A stretch of DNA of 64,000 nucleotides from an uncultured Candidatus Saccharibacteria bacterium (GTDB taxonomy: Bacteria > Patescibacteriota > Andersenbacteria > UBA10190): the NCBI GenBank assembly GCA_964359735.1, contig CAYHTZ010000002.1:22937-86936 (forward strand). Direction: 5' to 3'. The position numbers and the translations under genes are program-made. Position 1 is the first letter of the stretch. Each line of letters begins with the position of its first letter. Shown here piece by piece: positions 1 through 9,460 of the stretch. The notes beneath the pieces were generated by a model. The model saw nothing but the letters and a program-made list of their open reading frames with translations, was not told where the DNA came from and did no database searches.

Positions 1-1121
1 GCATTAACCTGCATAACAATAGCCTGGTTATTTTCGACCGTTTCACTTTAGAGAACGCTAATATGGTGATCTTTGCTAAATCCGGGGCAGGGAAAAGCTA
101 CGCGGTGAAGTTGGAGATTTTGCGCAGCATGATGTTTGGGACAGACGTGATTGTGATTGACCCGGAGCAAGAATACCGCTATTTGTCCGAGGCAGTGGGC
201 GGCGGGTACCTCAGAGTAGCCATTGCCAGCGAAAACCGAATCAACCCTTTTGACTTACCGGCGCTCGCCGAAGACGAGGATCCAGCGGCAGTGCTCCGGG
301 AAAACGTAGTTAGGCTCACGGGACTTGTTTCTCTCATGGTCCAAGGGTTGTCTCCCGAAGAGCAATCAATCGTAGACAAAGGGCTGTGGGAGGCTTACGC
401 ACTCAAAGACATTACGCCGGGGGCGCGCTGGGATAGGCCAGAAGTGCCCACTCTGCAAGACTTCTACACGATTATCCGCGACATGGCGGGGGGCGAGAGC
501 ATTGCCACGCGTCTCTCCCGGTTTGTGGAGGGTACCTACGCCGGCGTATTTAACCGGCCGACGAACGTGCAGCTCGATAAACAACTGATTGTGTTCAATG
601 TCCGTGATATGGAGGAGGAACTGCGACCGATTGCCATGTATGTGATCCTTGGTTTCATCTGGAACCGAGTGCGGAGCGAGCTCAAGCGGCGCCTGCTGGT
701 CGTAGACGAGGCTTGGTTCATGATGCAACACGAGGAATCGGCGCGGTTTATGTTCTCGATTGCCAAACGGGCGCGTAAATACTACTTAGGAGTAACTACG
801 ATTACGCAAGACATTACCGACTTCTTGGGTTCAAAGTTTGGTAAGCCGATTGTGACTAACTCGTCCATCCAGCTGCTATTGCGTCAGTCGCCGGCGGCCA
901 TAGACCAATTGGCGCAGGTATTCTACCTCACTGACCACGAAAAGTTTCGCCTCCTGGAAAGTGATGTGGGGGAAGGTATTTTCTTTGCCGGCTTAAAACA
1001 CGTGGCAATTAAAATTATAGCCAGTTATGCTGAAGACCAGGTCATCACCTCTGACCCGCAACAGATTTTACAAATAGAAGCGGCGCGGCGGGAGATGGCT
1101 AAACAGCAGGCGCAGGTATGA
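1..1121 (+). CDS. VirB4/TraC-like ATPase (5'-partial)
   Basis: Frame is open from the window edge (INLHNNSLVIFDRFTLENAN-MVIFAKSGAGKS). Walker A SGAGKS, IDPEQEY, Walker B LVVDEAW, RKYYLGVTTITQ. Confidence 0.9.
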   Translation, partial: INLHNNSLVIFDRFTLENANMVIFAKSGAGKSYAVKLEILRSMMFGTDVIVIDPEQEYRYLSEAVGGGYLRVAIASENRINPFDLPALAEDEDPAAVLRENVVRLTGLVSLMVQGLSPEEQSIVDKGLWEAYALKDITPGARWDRPEVPTLQDFYTIIRDMAGGESIATRLSRFVEGTYAGVFNRPTNVQLDKQLIVFNVRDMEEELRPIAMYVILGFIWNRVRSELKRRLLVVDEAWFMMQHEESARFMFSIAKRARKYYLGVTTITQDITDFLGSKFGKPIVTNSSIQLLLRQSPAAIDQLAQVFYLTDHEKFRLLESDVGEGIFFAGLKHVAIKIIASYAEDQVITSDPQQILQIEAARREMAKQQAQV

Positions 1122-1552
1122 AACGATTCTGGTTACAATATGGAACTTTAGTGTTTTTTACCCTGCTGATTTTGTTTAGCCTGGCAGCGACAACTTCGCG
1201 CGCGGCGGCTCCGACTCCTACCCCAAATTCCTTTGAATCAGATATTTTTAGATTGGGAGGGAAAAGCATAGAAGACGTAGCGAGCAAACAGGGCCTGGTC
1301 GGCGTAATTCAGCTGATTATCAATGCGGTTACGGCGGTAGTAATTGCCCTCGGGCTGGTCATGATTGTGATTTCCGGCTTTGTGTATATGGCCGCAGAGG
1401 GCAATGAAAGCAAGATCGGCACGGCAAAGAGCATGTTAATTGCGGCAGCGTACGGAATCACCTTTGCCCTCTTGGCACAACTTTTGCTTAACACGATTAG
1501 TCCTCAGTTTGCCCAGGAGGCATTCAAACCATTCTTTGGGAAGCCGAAATAA
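1118..1552 (+). CDS. TrbC/VirB2-like pilin
   Basis: Signal peptide plus two hydrophobic helices around the GFVYMAAEGNESKIGTAKS motif. ATGA overlap with the ATPase gene. Confidence 0.75.
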   Translation: MKRFWLQYGTLVFFTLLILFSLAATTSRAAAPTPTPNSFESDIFRLGGKSIEDVASKQGLVGVIQLIINAVTAVVIALGLVMIVISGFVYMAAEGNESKIGTAKSMLIAAAYGITFALLAQLLLNTISPQFAQEAFKPFFGKPK

Positions 1553-2750
1553 GTAGGGCAATGAAAAGCCAATGGAGGGTAGCTAAGTCGTTCTTCCAGT
1601 AGATAGTGTCCGCGAGACCGAGGAGCAGTAGGGCCAATAGGGCTGTTGATACCCCTACGGCTGCCGCGGGCAGCCACTCCCCCTTCGTAAGGGGGAGAAA
1701 AGTTTTGAAAAAAATATACGCGTGAATTGTGACGAAGCTTGCAAGGCCGAGAAGGCCGGTGTTGAGCCAAAAGGAGAGGAGCCAGTTATGCGGATCACGA
1801 AAGACGAACTCAGGAAGCGGGGCGGATTCGTACTCAGTAAACCGCTCGTGCAACTTTGCCTGGTAAGCTGGCTCAAAAGTGCCCAAACCTACACCCAGGA
1901 GCGGGCGTTCGCGAATAAGATCCCAGGAGATGCTCCATAACTGCAGACGCACCTGCGCAGAACTTCCCGGTTGCTGCAGGTAATGGATTTTAGGGACGAG
2001 GAGAAAGGTTGCAACAACCCCTACCAGAATTAAAACCCCTCCCATCCTCCCCTTATCAAGGGAGGATGTCTGCTTTTCCCCCTGATAAGGGGGACTAAGG
2101 GGGTTTCTTTGGAGTATGAAGAGCCCAGCTCCGACTGCGATCAGCACTGACACGACGCCAGCCAGGGACTCCGTGAAGAGAAGAGCAAGAAACATCACGG
2201 CGGCGGCAAGGCGGCCGAATATGGAGTACGCCCGCCAAGCAAGAACAATAATGGGAGCCAGATACAATGCTAGGGAGTTTGGGACATCGTACGGACCCTG
2301 GACACGATCGAGCTGGCCGAGTTGAGAGAGACCGAGGAGTGCAACTACAAGGCCGGAAAGGACGAGGGCCGTGATGATCCAGTGCTTTAAAACCTCACCC
2401 TCCGTATGAGCGGAGACCTCTCCTTCGTAAGGAGAGGTGCTTCTCCTTGAGAAGGAGAAGCCGACTCGTGGCGAGGCGGATGAGGTGGTAAGAGCTGCAT
2501 ACACTAAAAATGCATACACGAGTGGAGTTACGATCCATCCTTTAAGAATCCCTAGACTCGTTTCCAAGTGAGGAGAGATTACTGTAGAGATTACAGCGGA
2601 GAGAAAAAACAACCCGACTAAAAAAAGAATTGGCTTAGGAATGGCCTTGGCAGTATTTATCCACGAACGGCGAATCTTTGCTTGAAAAAATCCGCTGAGC
2701 GCGACTGCCCAGACGGCCGCTTCAAGAAGCGTGGTCGGGATACCAGCCAC
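1524..2750 (-). CDS. O-antigen ligase (Wzy_C/WaaL-like) family membrane protein
   Basis: Multi-TM; PNSLALYL, RLQLWSISWDLIRERPLLGVGLGTF, PHNWLL. Contains three in-frame repeat insertions. Confidence 0.85.
   Translation of the reverse strand: MAGIPTTLLEAAVWAVALSGFFQAKIRRSWINTAKAIPKPILFLVGLFFLSAVISTVISPHLETSLGILKGWIVTPLVYAFLVYAALTTSSASPRVGFSFSRRSTSPYEGEVSAHTEGEVLKHWIITALVLSGLVVALLGLSQLGQLDRVQGPYDVPNSLALYLAPIIVLAWRAYSIFGRLAAAVMFLALLFTESLAGVVSVLIAVGAGLFILQRNPLSPPYQGEKQTSSLDKGRMGGVLILVGVVATFLLVPKIHYLQQPGSSAQVRLQLWSISWDLIRERPLLGVGLGTFEPAYQAKLHERFTEYESAPLPEFVFRDPHNWLLSFWLNTGLLGLASFVTIHAYIFFKTFLPLTKGEWLPAAAVGVSTALLALLLLGLADTIYWKNDLATLHWLFIALLISASQRMV
1651..1700. repeat. Palindromic REP-like element, single copy, intragenic
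   Basis: ACCCCTAC-GGCTGCC-gcg-GGCAGCC-A-CTCCCCCTT-CGT-AAGGGGGAG-AAA. Near-identical to 3428-3477. Confidence 0.9.
2032..2106. repeat. Palindromic REP-like doublet (TATCA/TGATA loop subfamily), intragenic
   Basis: TCCTCCCCTTATCAAGGGAGGA ... TCCCCCTGATAAGGGGGA. Encodes SSLDKGRMGG, shared with 45108-45189 (SSLDKGRQGG). Confidence 0.8.
2392..2486. repeat. Palindromic REP-like doublet, intragenic
   Basis: ACCTCTCCTT-CGT-AAGGAGAGGT and CTTCTCCTT-GAG-AAGGAGAAG inside an outer inverted repeat ACCTCA...TGAGGT. Confidence 0.8.
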
Positions 2751-4191
2751 GGAAAAACGAACTAGGTAGGCGGGGAGAAGGAAGGCGATGAGGATGACCC
2801 CTTTTCGTAGAAAGACATAGGGTGGTAATCACTATCAGCGTAATCAACAGGTGGTTATAGAGAAAGCTGTTGACTACCTGGGAATGCAGAAAGAGCGCCA
2901 TGAGACTGCCGGCGGCCCCAAGGGCGAGAGTGTCCCCACGAAAAGCGCGGGAAAGGAAAAACGTTACAAGCCCCACCCACGGCAGGAAAAATAAGACCGC
3001 GCCGGGTACGCCCGTAGTTACGGCCAGCGTTAACCAACTGTTATCAGCGCCGGCTCGAGAGTGGATAGTGAAATCGCTCGAGAGTCCCTCCACGGCAGCG
3101 GCAAATTGATACGCGTTATAGCCTACGCCGAAGTAGGGGTGCTGCTCGCTCAGGAAAAGCGCCCCGGCCAGAGACTCCACTCGCAACGCAGCGGTTTCAT
3201 CTACGGTCAAAAGGCCGGCGAGGCGGCTCGGGGCAAGAGCTGTAACACACGCAATGAGCAGCACAGCGCTGGTAAGGGCGCTGACAGCGAGGCCAGCTCC
3301 CATCCGCCGGGGAAGACGCTGCAGCTGCCAGATGAATGCCGGAGCAAGTAAGAGAAAAGTAAGGCCGAGTGCCAGGAAGCTGCTGCGGGATTGGGTGAGA
3401 AGAAGAGCCAAGAGCGCCGCAAGCAAGACCCCTACGGCCGTGAAGCGCGGCCACTCCCCCTTCGTAAGGGGGAGAAAGCTATGAGCAAAAATCCACGGGA
3501 TCACGATGATTAATAATCCTCCAAACAAATTGGGATCGAGCCAGGTAGAAAAGAGACGGCCTTGATGCGGGTCCCATTTCGCTCCGGCCAAAGCTGGAGC
3601 TACGCGGGACAAGTCCCCTAAGTTCGGCAGCAGCACGAGTTGCAGGAAACCAATGACCACGAGTACGACGACGGCACCAACCAGAAAATGCTGAGTAGCA
3701 TTTCTGATACGAATATCACGAAAAAGAATGAGCAGTGCGGGGAAGAGCGCGAGGGTGGTGGTCAGACGAAGCCAGTAGAGGAAAGCGACCAGGAAGTTTT
3801 GGAGGCCTAAGTCGGGTACACGGGGAAGGAGGATGAAAAGGGACCAGAGGATAAAAGTAGACAGTAGGCAGTAAGCAGTAAGCAGAAGGGGTGATTTTTT
3901 GCTGCGCTGTATACTGTGTACTGCATACTGTTTTCTTGCTCCTTGGCTAAATAGCCTTTGGAGAAGCGCGGCGCCTAGTACGAGCACAGTCGCAACATCG
4001 CTCACCAACAACCCTCCTCCCTGGCCGGGAAGGGGAACCCGAAAGAGCTGCCCGGCTATGAGCGAGAGGATGAGAGTGCCAGTGGCAAGTTTAGGAAAGC
4101 GTAGCGCCCAGGCGCCTGTGCAGAGTACAGTCAGTGCACCTCCGGCGAGAAATACCGGTACAGGCGACGCAAGAAGCGCTGTAGCCCCCAT
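2722..4191 (-). CDS. O-antigen ligase family membrane protein (second copy)
   Basis: Multi-TM; RLFSTWLDPNLFGG, LTQSRSS, HPYFGVGYNAY, DNSWL, LHSQVVNS. Confidence 0.85.
   Translation of the reverse strand: MGATALLASPVPVFLAGGALTVLCTGAWALRFPKLATGTLILSLIAGQLFRVPLPGQGGGLLVSDVATVLVLGAALLQRLFSQGARKQYAVHSIQRSKKSPLLLTAYCLLSTFILWSLFILLPRVPDLGLQNFLVAFLYWLRLTTTLALFPALLILFRDIRIRNATQHFLVGAVVVLVVIGFLQLVLLPNLGDLSRVAPALAGAKWDPHQGRLFSTWLDPNLFGGLLIIVIPWIFAHSFLPLTKGEWPRFTAVGVLLAALLALLLTQSRSSFLALGLTFLLLAPAFIWQLQRLPRRMGAGLAVSALTSAVLLIACVTALAPSRLAGLLTVDETAALRVESLAGALFLSEQHPYFGVGYNAYQFAAAVEGLSSDFTIHSRAGADNSWLTLAVTTGVPGAVLFFLPWVGLVTFFLSRAFRGDTLALGAAGSLMALFLHSQVVNSFLYNHLLITLIVITTLCLSTKRGHPHRLPSPRLPSSFFRGWYPDHAS
3428..3477. 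repeat. Palindromic REP-like element, single copy, intragenic
   Basis: ACCCCTACGGCCGtgaagcgCGGCCACTCCCCCTTCGTAAGGGGGAGAAA. Encodes FLPLTKGEW...AVGV, as does the 1651-1700 copy. Confidence 0.9.
3855..3930. repeat. Inverted heptamer tandem repeat (CAGTANN)n...(NNTACTG)n, intragenic
   Basis: CAGTAGG CAGTAAG CAGTAAG CAGAAGG ... TATACTG TGTACTG CATACTG. Confidence 0.75.
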
Positions 4192-4892
4192 ATCATTGGA
4201 GAGTAGTGTTTGTGAAAGTATTTGTCAGCTGACTTGTCATATAACTGAGTTTTGCGGCGCGTATCAGAAAGACTCCTGCCCCGCTGATGGAAAACCTGAA
4301 TATAAGGAAAGTACATGACTTGGCCACCCTGCTGGCAGAGGCGCCGGCTTAAATCAATATCCTCCCAGTAGAGAAAGAACTCCGGATCGAAGCCGCCGAC
4401 TTTTTCAAACATTGCCCGGCGCACCAGCAGAGCTGCGCCGGACACCCACCCCACGGGGGTGGGTGTAGACGGAATTTCTGGACGGCGGCGCCGGTGCGTG
4501 AAAAGAGAAAAGAGCGTAACCGGCGGACCGAAACTTACCTCAGGCTTACCCGTAGGGTCTACCAATTGAAAGCCGAGCGCCGCTACATCCGGATGAGACT
4601 CAAGGTAGGTGAGTGCGGTCTCCAGTGAAGGCTCCTTGAGATACGCGTCTGGGTTCAGAAATAAAATGCAGGGGCTCTGGCCAAGCGTAGCTCCTTGGTT
4701 CGCCCCGGCAGCGAAGCCAAGGTTTTTACTTTGAGAGTGGGGCGCAACTCCTAGGGTAGCGAGGGTAGCCACAGTGTCATCTTGGGAGGCATTATCAACC
4801 ACAACAATACGGGCATCTTTCGGGAGGCTTTGTAGACACTGCGCAGCTGTGCCAGCGTTGTTATACGTCACCACTACAACATCAACTTTCAT
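4131..4892 (-). CDS. GT2 family glycosyltransferase (rhamnosyltransferase-like)
   Basis: VVVVTYN, VVDNASQD, NLGFAAGANQG, FLNPDA, FFLYWEDIDL. ATG at 4892 overlaps the upstream stop. Confidence 0.9.
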   Translation of the reverse strand: MKVDVVVVTYNNAGTAAQCLQSLPKDARIVVVDNASQDDTVATLATLGVAPHSQSKNLGFAAGANQGATLGQSPCILFLNPDAYLKEPSLETALTYLESHPDVAALGFQLVDPTGKPEVSFGPPVTLFSLFTHRRRRPEIPSTPTPVGWVSGAALLVRRAMFEKVGGFDPEFFLYWEDIDLSRRLCQQGGQVMYFPYIQVFHQRGRSLSDTRRKTQLYDKSADKYFHKHYSPMIWGLQRFLRRLYRYFSPEVH

Positions 4893-5755
4893 GGCCGCTG
4901 GCCTGTGCGGTGAAGAACGGCATCGCGCAGCGCTTGTCGAATCGTGCGCACAGAGGGCGAGGCCGGCTGAAGGTTGTGGTAGATGAGGCGCAGCAAGTTG
5001 AGCAGGCGCCAAAGCCAGCGCCACGGGCGGGGAGAATTACTCTGCAGAAACATGGCTCCGTTGCGAACCAGGTAGTAGAGATGGTCGGAGTCGGACTGGC
5101 TGGGAGGCGCATCATCGTGTGTGACGGGAAGACCGGAAATAACTTTTAGGGGAATTCCCATTTGCCGGGCTCGTAGAGAAAATAGGACATCTTCCCAATA
5201 CATGAAAAAATGGTTGGGCAGCCCTTGGAGGGTAAGAAATGTGTTTAAGGGGGCGCTGAGAAATGACCCATGAAGATAGGTTAAGTGGAATCTGGAAGCT
5301 GCCCACCACTTCGGCGGGTCCGCCGTGCTGGCGGAGAGCTTGGAATCAATTGTTGTTCGCCCAGTTACGAGGTTCACTTGACCCAATTTTATCCCTGCGA
5401 TGGCGGGCGCGGGGTTAGTCTGCCACCAGGCAATAACCTTTTCTACTGTATCAGGCGAGACTTCACTGTCATTGTTGAGAAGGATTACGATATCGCTCCG
5501 GGATGTTCGTTGCCCCAAAAGAAACCCTAAGCCAAAGTTAACGCCGCCGGCGTAGCCAGCGTTTCGGGCGGGGCGGATGATGGCAACACGTTTATCCCCC
5601 CAGAAATCAGGCAAGGAAGCTGGCCCATGGTCAACTACGATGATGCGATCGGGGAGGCGCTGGGAGTGGAGCAGCTGTTCAACAAGTGTTTTCGTGGGCA
5701 GGCTCTCGCCATAGTGGACAGTCACAATATGATACTTTTTGGTTTGTGGAATCAT
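4889..5755 (-). CDS. GT2 family glycosyltransferase
   Basis: IIVVDHG, NAGYAGGVNFG, LLNNDS, FFMYWEDV. Confidence 0.85.
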   Translation of the reverse strand: MIPQTKKYHIVTVHYGESLPTKTLVEQLLHSQRLPDRIIVVDHGPASLPDFWGDKRVAIIRPARNAGYAGGVNFGLGFLLGQRTSRSDIVILLNNDSEVSPDTVEKVIAWWQTNPAPAIAGIKLGQVNLVTGRTTIDSKLSASTADPPKWWAASRFHLTYLHGSFLSAPLNTFLTLQGLPNHFFMYWEDVLFSLRARQMGIPLKVISGLPVTHDDAPPSQSDSDHLYYLVRNGAMFLQSNSPRPWRWLWRLLNLLRLIYHNLQPASPSVRTIRQALRDAVLHRTGQRP

Positions 5756-5785
5756 TGTGGAAAAAACTGAGGATAATTACAGAGA

Positions 5786-6742
5786 TTATTTAAAAAATGC
5801 CACTTTTCTCCTCAAGAAAGCCAATAAACCCCCATGGCTTCTCCACACTCCTTGCCAGAAAGCGTTGCTTGTGAACACAAGAAATAGCCAAGGAAATGAG
5901 ACTTTCTGAAACAGGGCCAGGAAGACGCGGAGGGCGGCTTGGCCGCCTAAAAGTATAAACAATGCCCGGAAGAAATAGGCCGCCTGCGACGAAGGGCGGG
6001 GTAAAGAAACGTCTGGGTGTACGGCTTGGTAGGACTTCAGGGAGAGGCCTACCGCCTGCTGCCGCTCAGCAATAGCTGAGAGCGAGTAGAAGTGGCGGTG
6101 GAGCCCTACGGCAGCGTGGAGAATATGGAGTGTTATGCCTTGTCCTCCCAGAGTGCGGCCAAGACTTAGGTCTTCCCAGCCATATGAGTCGAGTTCTTCA
6201 GGAAAACGGGCGCGGGAAAGTATGTGCCTTTTGAGAGAGAGGTGAGAGGCGTAAAAAAAGTGAGCAGGGTCGGCCTGTGTTTCCCCTAAGAGGCTGTCAA
6301 AATCATTCTGCTGCCCGCCATGCATCATCCACTCCATCAGGGGTGTGGGAGGAAGACGCGGGTCCCATTTCACCATGCCAAGCGCTGCTTCATGAGCTCC
6401 TTGATGCTGCTCGTGAAAGGTAAGGTGGTGCGCCAGCGCTTCGGGCTGTAAGAGAATATCCGCTCCCAGGAAAAAGATGACGTCGGCGCGGGCTTGCGCA
6501 AGCGCCCGATTGCGAGAGGCGGCTGGGCCGGCATGTTCTCCTGAGATGATAGTGAGACTCCACGGACGGGGAAGCGAAAGCGCTTGGATAGCGGTCTCTA
6601 TGTCATCGGTAGAGCCATCATCACTAACAAGGATACGAAGCGTCCAGGACGGGCGCGGTAGGTGAGAGCGGGAAAGCGCCACCAGGGTTTCGCGCAGGGT
6701 GGAGGCCCGATTATACGCAGGGATAATGACATCACACTTCAT
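5786..6742 (-). CDS. GT2 family glycosyltransferase
   Basis: VIIPAYNR, SDDGSTD, GPAASRN, YGWEDLSLG. Confidence 0.9.
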   Translation of the reverse strand: MKCDVIIPAYNRASTLRETLVALSRSHLPRPSWTLRILVSDDGSTDDIETAIQALSLPRPWSLTIISGEHAGPAASRNRALAQARADVIFFLGADILLQPEALAHHLTFHEQHQGAHEAALGMVKWDPRLPPTPLMEWMMHGGQQNDFDSLLGETQADPAHFFYASHLSLKRHILSRARFPEELDSYGWEDLSLGRTLGGQGITLHILHAAVGLHRHFYSLSAIAERQQAVGLSLKSYQAVHPDVSLPRPSSQAAYFFRALFILLGGQAALRVFLALFQKVSFPWLFLVFTSNAFWQGVWRSHGGLLAFLRRKVAFFK

Positions 6743-8157
6743 GGCTTCGCGAGGAGGGTACGTATTTCCTTCGGGTCAAAAAGCTTGAGAGCAAAGCTCA
6801 TGCCACCGAAGATGCCAGCAGCGATGAAGGCTTGGGCGACAACGTGCCAGCTGTCGGGAAGAATCAAGGTGCCCCCGGTGGTGGCGAGCAGCACAATGAT
6901 TAGCTTTGCAAAAAATGTTGATGAGAACGTATAGGGGGCCAGGCGATACGCCAAGATGGCGGCAATCGCTGCCGCGAGTACTTCGGTGGCTACCGTGACG
7001 ACGGCAGCGGCGAGAGCGCCATACCGAGGAATGGTAAGCAGGTTGGCTATGACATTAAAAATCACGAGGCCTGCGTAGAGCCACATGAGGGAGCGCACCC
7101 GGCCGCGGGCGACCAAGGTAAACCCAAACAGGTTGCCGAGAAACATAACAAAGAGGGCTAGGGAGAGGATCGCTAAGAGAGGGGCGGTACCGGCGAAGGA
7201 ATCCCCTGATAAAAAATGGATGATGGGGGCGGCGAGTAAGGCAAGGAGGAGGGAGACGCCGCTGCCGATGAGAGTCACCATGTACAGGCTTTCACGAAAC
7301 AGCGCAGTGGGTAGAGAGGACCCCTCGCTTAAGCGAGGGAGGAGGAGCCCACCGAACGCCGCGGGTAAAAATAGCGCGCTTTCAATGATGCGGTACGCTA
7401 GGCCGTAGAGTCCCACTTCACTTTCTGGGCGGAAAAAAGACAAGATGAGAATATCAACGCGGAAGTAAACAGCATTTAAGGCGAGGAGCGCTGCCGCCGG
7501 CCAAGATTCGGCCAGAATTTCCCGCACCCGCGAGGAGTTTGGGGGGAGGTGCAGACGGAAGCGGAGCGGAAGGAAGTGGAGATGGGCCAGGGCAGCCGCC
7601 ACGGTGCCTGCGGTAAAGGCGAATACCATTAGGGCCACGTGGACGCGGGGGAAAAGGGAGACGGCCACGTACGGCGCCCCTAAAACTACGCCTAGTTGCA
7701 CGAAGCGTCCCACCAGGTCTCCAACGCTCGCGCGCCAGAGGCTGGCACGAGCTTGGAACACCCCCATCAAGAGTTGGCTCAGGGACTGCGCCGCAAAGCC
7801 AGCCGCGGCAATCCAGAAAACCCCCAGGGTATTCTTGAGAATAGGAAAGACAGGGAGAAAAAGACTGCCGAGAAAAAACGCCGCGAAGAGGCTCACTAAG
7901 CGTATCCACGTGATGTCGGAAAGAAGAGTCGAGGCGGACTTAGGTTCCTGCCCCACTCTACGGGTGAGGGTAAGGTACAGCCCCAGGTCGGCACCGATTA
8001 GGACTAACGATCCATAGGCAAGGACAGCAGCGTACTGCCCGAACGCTTCCTCTCCTAAGAAGCGTGTCAGCGCAGCTAGCACAGCAAACCCTAAGGCAAC
8101 TTGGACAACGCGCCCTACAATGGCGACCAGGGTGTTCGTGGCAATTGACTGCGGCAC
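6739..8157 (-). CDS. Wzx-like oligosaccharide flippase
   Basis: About 12-14 TM segments; YFRVDILIL, VGLYGLAYR, IPRYGALAAA. Confidence 0.85.
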   Translation of the reverse strand: MPQSIATNTLVAIVGRVVQVALGFAVLAALTRFLGEEAFGQYAAVLAYGSLVLIGADLGLYLTLTRRVGQEPKSASTLLSDITWIRLVSLFAAFFLGSLFLPVFPILKNTLGVFWIAAAGFAAQSLSQLLMGVFQARASLWRASVGDLVGRFVQLGVVLGAPYVAVSLFPRVHVALMVFAFTAGTVAAALAHLHFLPLRFRLHLPPNSSRVREILAESWPAAALLALNAVYFRVDILILSFFRPESEVGLYGLAYRIIESALFLPAAFGGLLLPRLSEGSSLPTALFRESLYMVTLIGSGVSLLLALLAAPIIHFLSGDSFAGTAPLLAILSLALFVMFLGNLFGFTLVARGRVRSLMWLYAGLVIFNVIANLLTIPRYGALAAAVVTVATEVLAAAIAAILAYRLAPYTFSSTFFAKLIIVLLATTGGTLILPDSWHVVAQAFIAAGIFGGMSFALKLFDPKEIRTLLAKP

Positions 8158-8165
8158 ATTCTCCT

Positions 8166-8642
8166 TTACGAGCGGGGACGAATCACAACACGCCGGTGCG
8201 GGTCTTCCCCTAGGCTTTCGGTAACCACGCTGGCGTTGTCTCCCAAGGCGGTGTGGACAGCACGGCGGTCGGGAGCCGACATGGGCTCTAAGACAATGGC
8301 GCGTTTCAGGGTGAGGGCTTGTTCCGCTGCTTCCCGGGCGCGCTCAGCCAGAAGGCTCCCGCGCTCGCGGCGGTACTCATTCACATCCACTGTCACAGGA
8401 ATGCTCCAGGAGAATTTGTGCCGCAGGGCGCAGTGCAGTACGTGTTCAAGCGCTTGCAGGTGAGCACCTTGCGCCCCAATCAGAAGTCGTCCGTTTTCCG
8501 GGGCAGTAACAGCGAGCCGAATGCGACCAGAATCCTCTCGCTCGCTGGCGACCTGCGCATCCTCGCAATTCATCAAGTCCAGTAGACGGCGGAGCTCCTC
8601 CTCGGCGGCCACGACGGGAGACTCAGCAGAGCTTTCTTCCAT
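8166..8642 (-). CDS. jag: Jag/EloR (KhpB) RNA-binding protein, KH + R3H
   Basis: LLIGAQGAHLQALE (KH), PMSAPDRRAVH (R3H); lies downstream of yidC. Confidence 0.88.
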   Translation of the reverse strand: MEESSAESPVVAAEEELRRLLDLMNCEDAQVASEREDSGRIRLAVTAPENGRLLIGAQGAHLQALEHVLHCALRHKFSWSIPVTVDVNEYRRERGSLLAERAREAAEQALTLKRAIVLEPMSAPDRRAVHTALGDNASVVTESLGEDPHRRVVIRPRS

Positions 8643-8652
8643 ACACCTAACC

Positions 8653-9411
8653 CTAGACGGTTGGTGGGAGGCTCGCAAGATGAAGTGTTCGTTTAAATAA
8701 CCACTGCTGGAGCATGGCCAACGCGATGGAGACAATCCAGTACAGCGCCAGGGCCGAGGGCAGCTGCAGAGAAATAAATACAGTCATAGCTGGGAAGACG
8801 TAGGCCATATTCTTTTGCATAGAAGCCATCATCTTCGCACTACTGTCGTTCTCAGAAGCTAGGGCTGGAGTGGGAGTGGTGGGAGAAAAGAATCGCACTT
8901 GAATAAACTGAGCGGCTCCCGCCGCGATGGCTAGCACCAGGCTGGGTTGAGTGAGCCTTATACCGAGGAAAGACAAGTTGATAGTTTCAGGAAGGCTTAC
9001 AAATGAATACAAGTAGTGGGCAGAGGCTGGACCAATTTCAGTCAGGAAGACGCGGTAGAGAGCAATGAGAATAGGCAGTTGAATCAGTAAGAGCAAACAC
9101 CCTGAGGCTGGGTTAACTCCCGCCTTGCGGTATAGAGCCATGGTGGACTCGGCTTGTTTCTGTCGATTGCCTTGGTGTTCTTTCTGAATACGTTTGAGTT
9201 CGGCTTGGAGGCTAGCCATCTTGCCCTGGTTGCGCTGCGTTTGCAGAGCTTGCTTCAGTGAAAGAGGAAGTAAGATGAGCCGCACCACGAGTGTCACCAA
9301 AACAATGGCCACCCACATGTAGTGCCCAGGCGTAAAGCTGGTTAAGCCGACGAGTAAGTTAAAGAGCGGACGCCAGAGGACTTCGGTGTAGACAAGGGTG
9401 AGGGGGTTCAT
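8653..9411 (-). CDS. yidC: Membrane protein insertase YidC (short form)
   Basis: VRLILLPL, GVNPASGCLLLLIQLPILIALY, LYWIVS. Confidence 0.93.
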   Translation of the reverse strand: MNPLTLVYTEVLWRPLFNLLVGLTSFTPGHYMWVAIVLVTLVVRLILLPLSLKQALQTQRNQGKMASLQAELKRIQKEHQGNRQKQAESTMALYRKAGVNPASGCLLLLIQLPILIALYRVFLTEIGPASAHYLYSFVSLPETINLSFLGIRLTQPSLVLAIAAGAAQFIQVRFFSPTTPTPALASENDSSAKMMASMQKNMAYVFPAMTVFISLQLPSALALYWIVSIALAMLQQWLFKRTLHLASLPPTV

Positions 9412-9413
9412 AC

Positions 9414-9460
9414 CAAACTCAAAACGCAAAAATCAAAAGTCAAAACTATAACTCAAAGTT
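9414..9460. repeat. Heptamer tandem repeat (CAAAANN)n, left arm
   Basis: CAAAACG CAAAAAT CAAAAGT CAAAACT. An inverted counterpart lies at 9684-9726. Confidence 0.7.

Noticed and set aside
1-1552. Conjugative element (ICE)
   Set aside because: No relaxase, integrase or att site is visible in the window, and VirB4-like plus pilin genes are common chromosomal genes in CPR.
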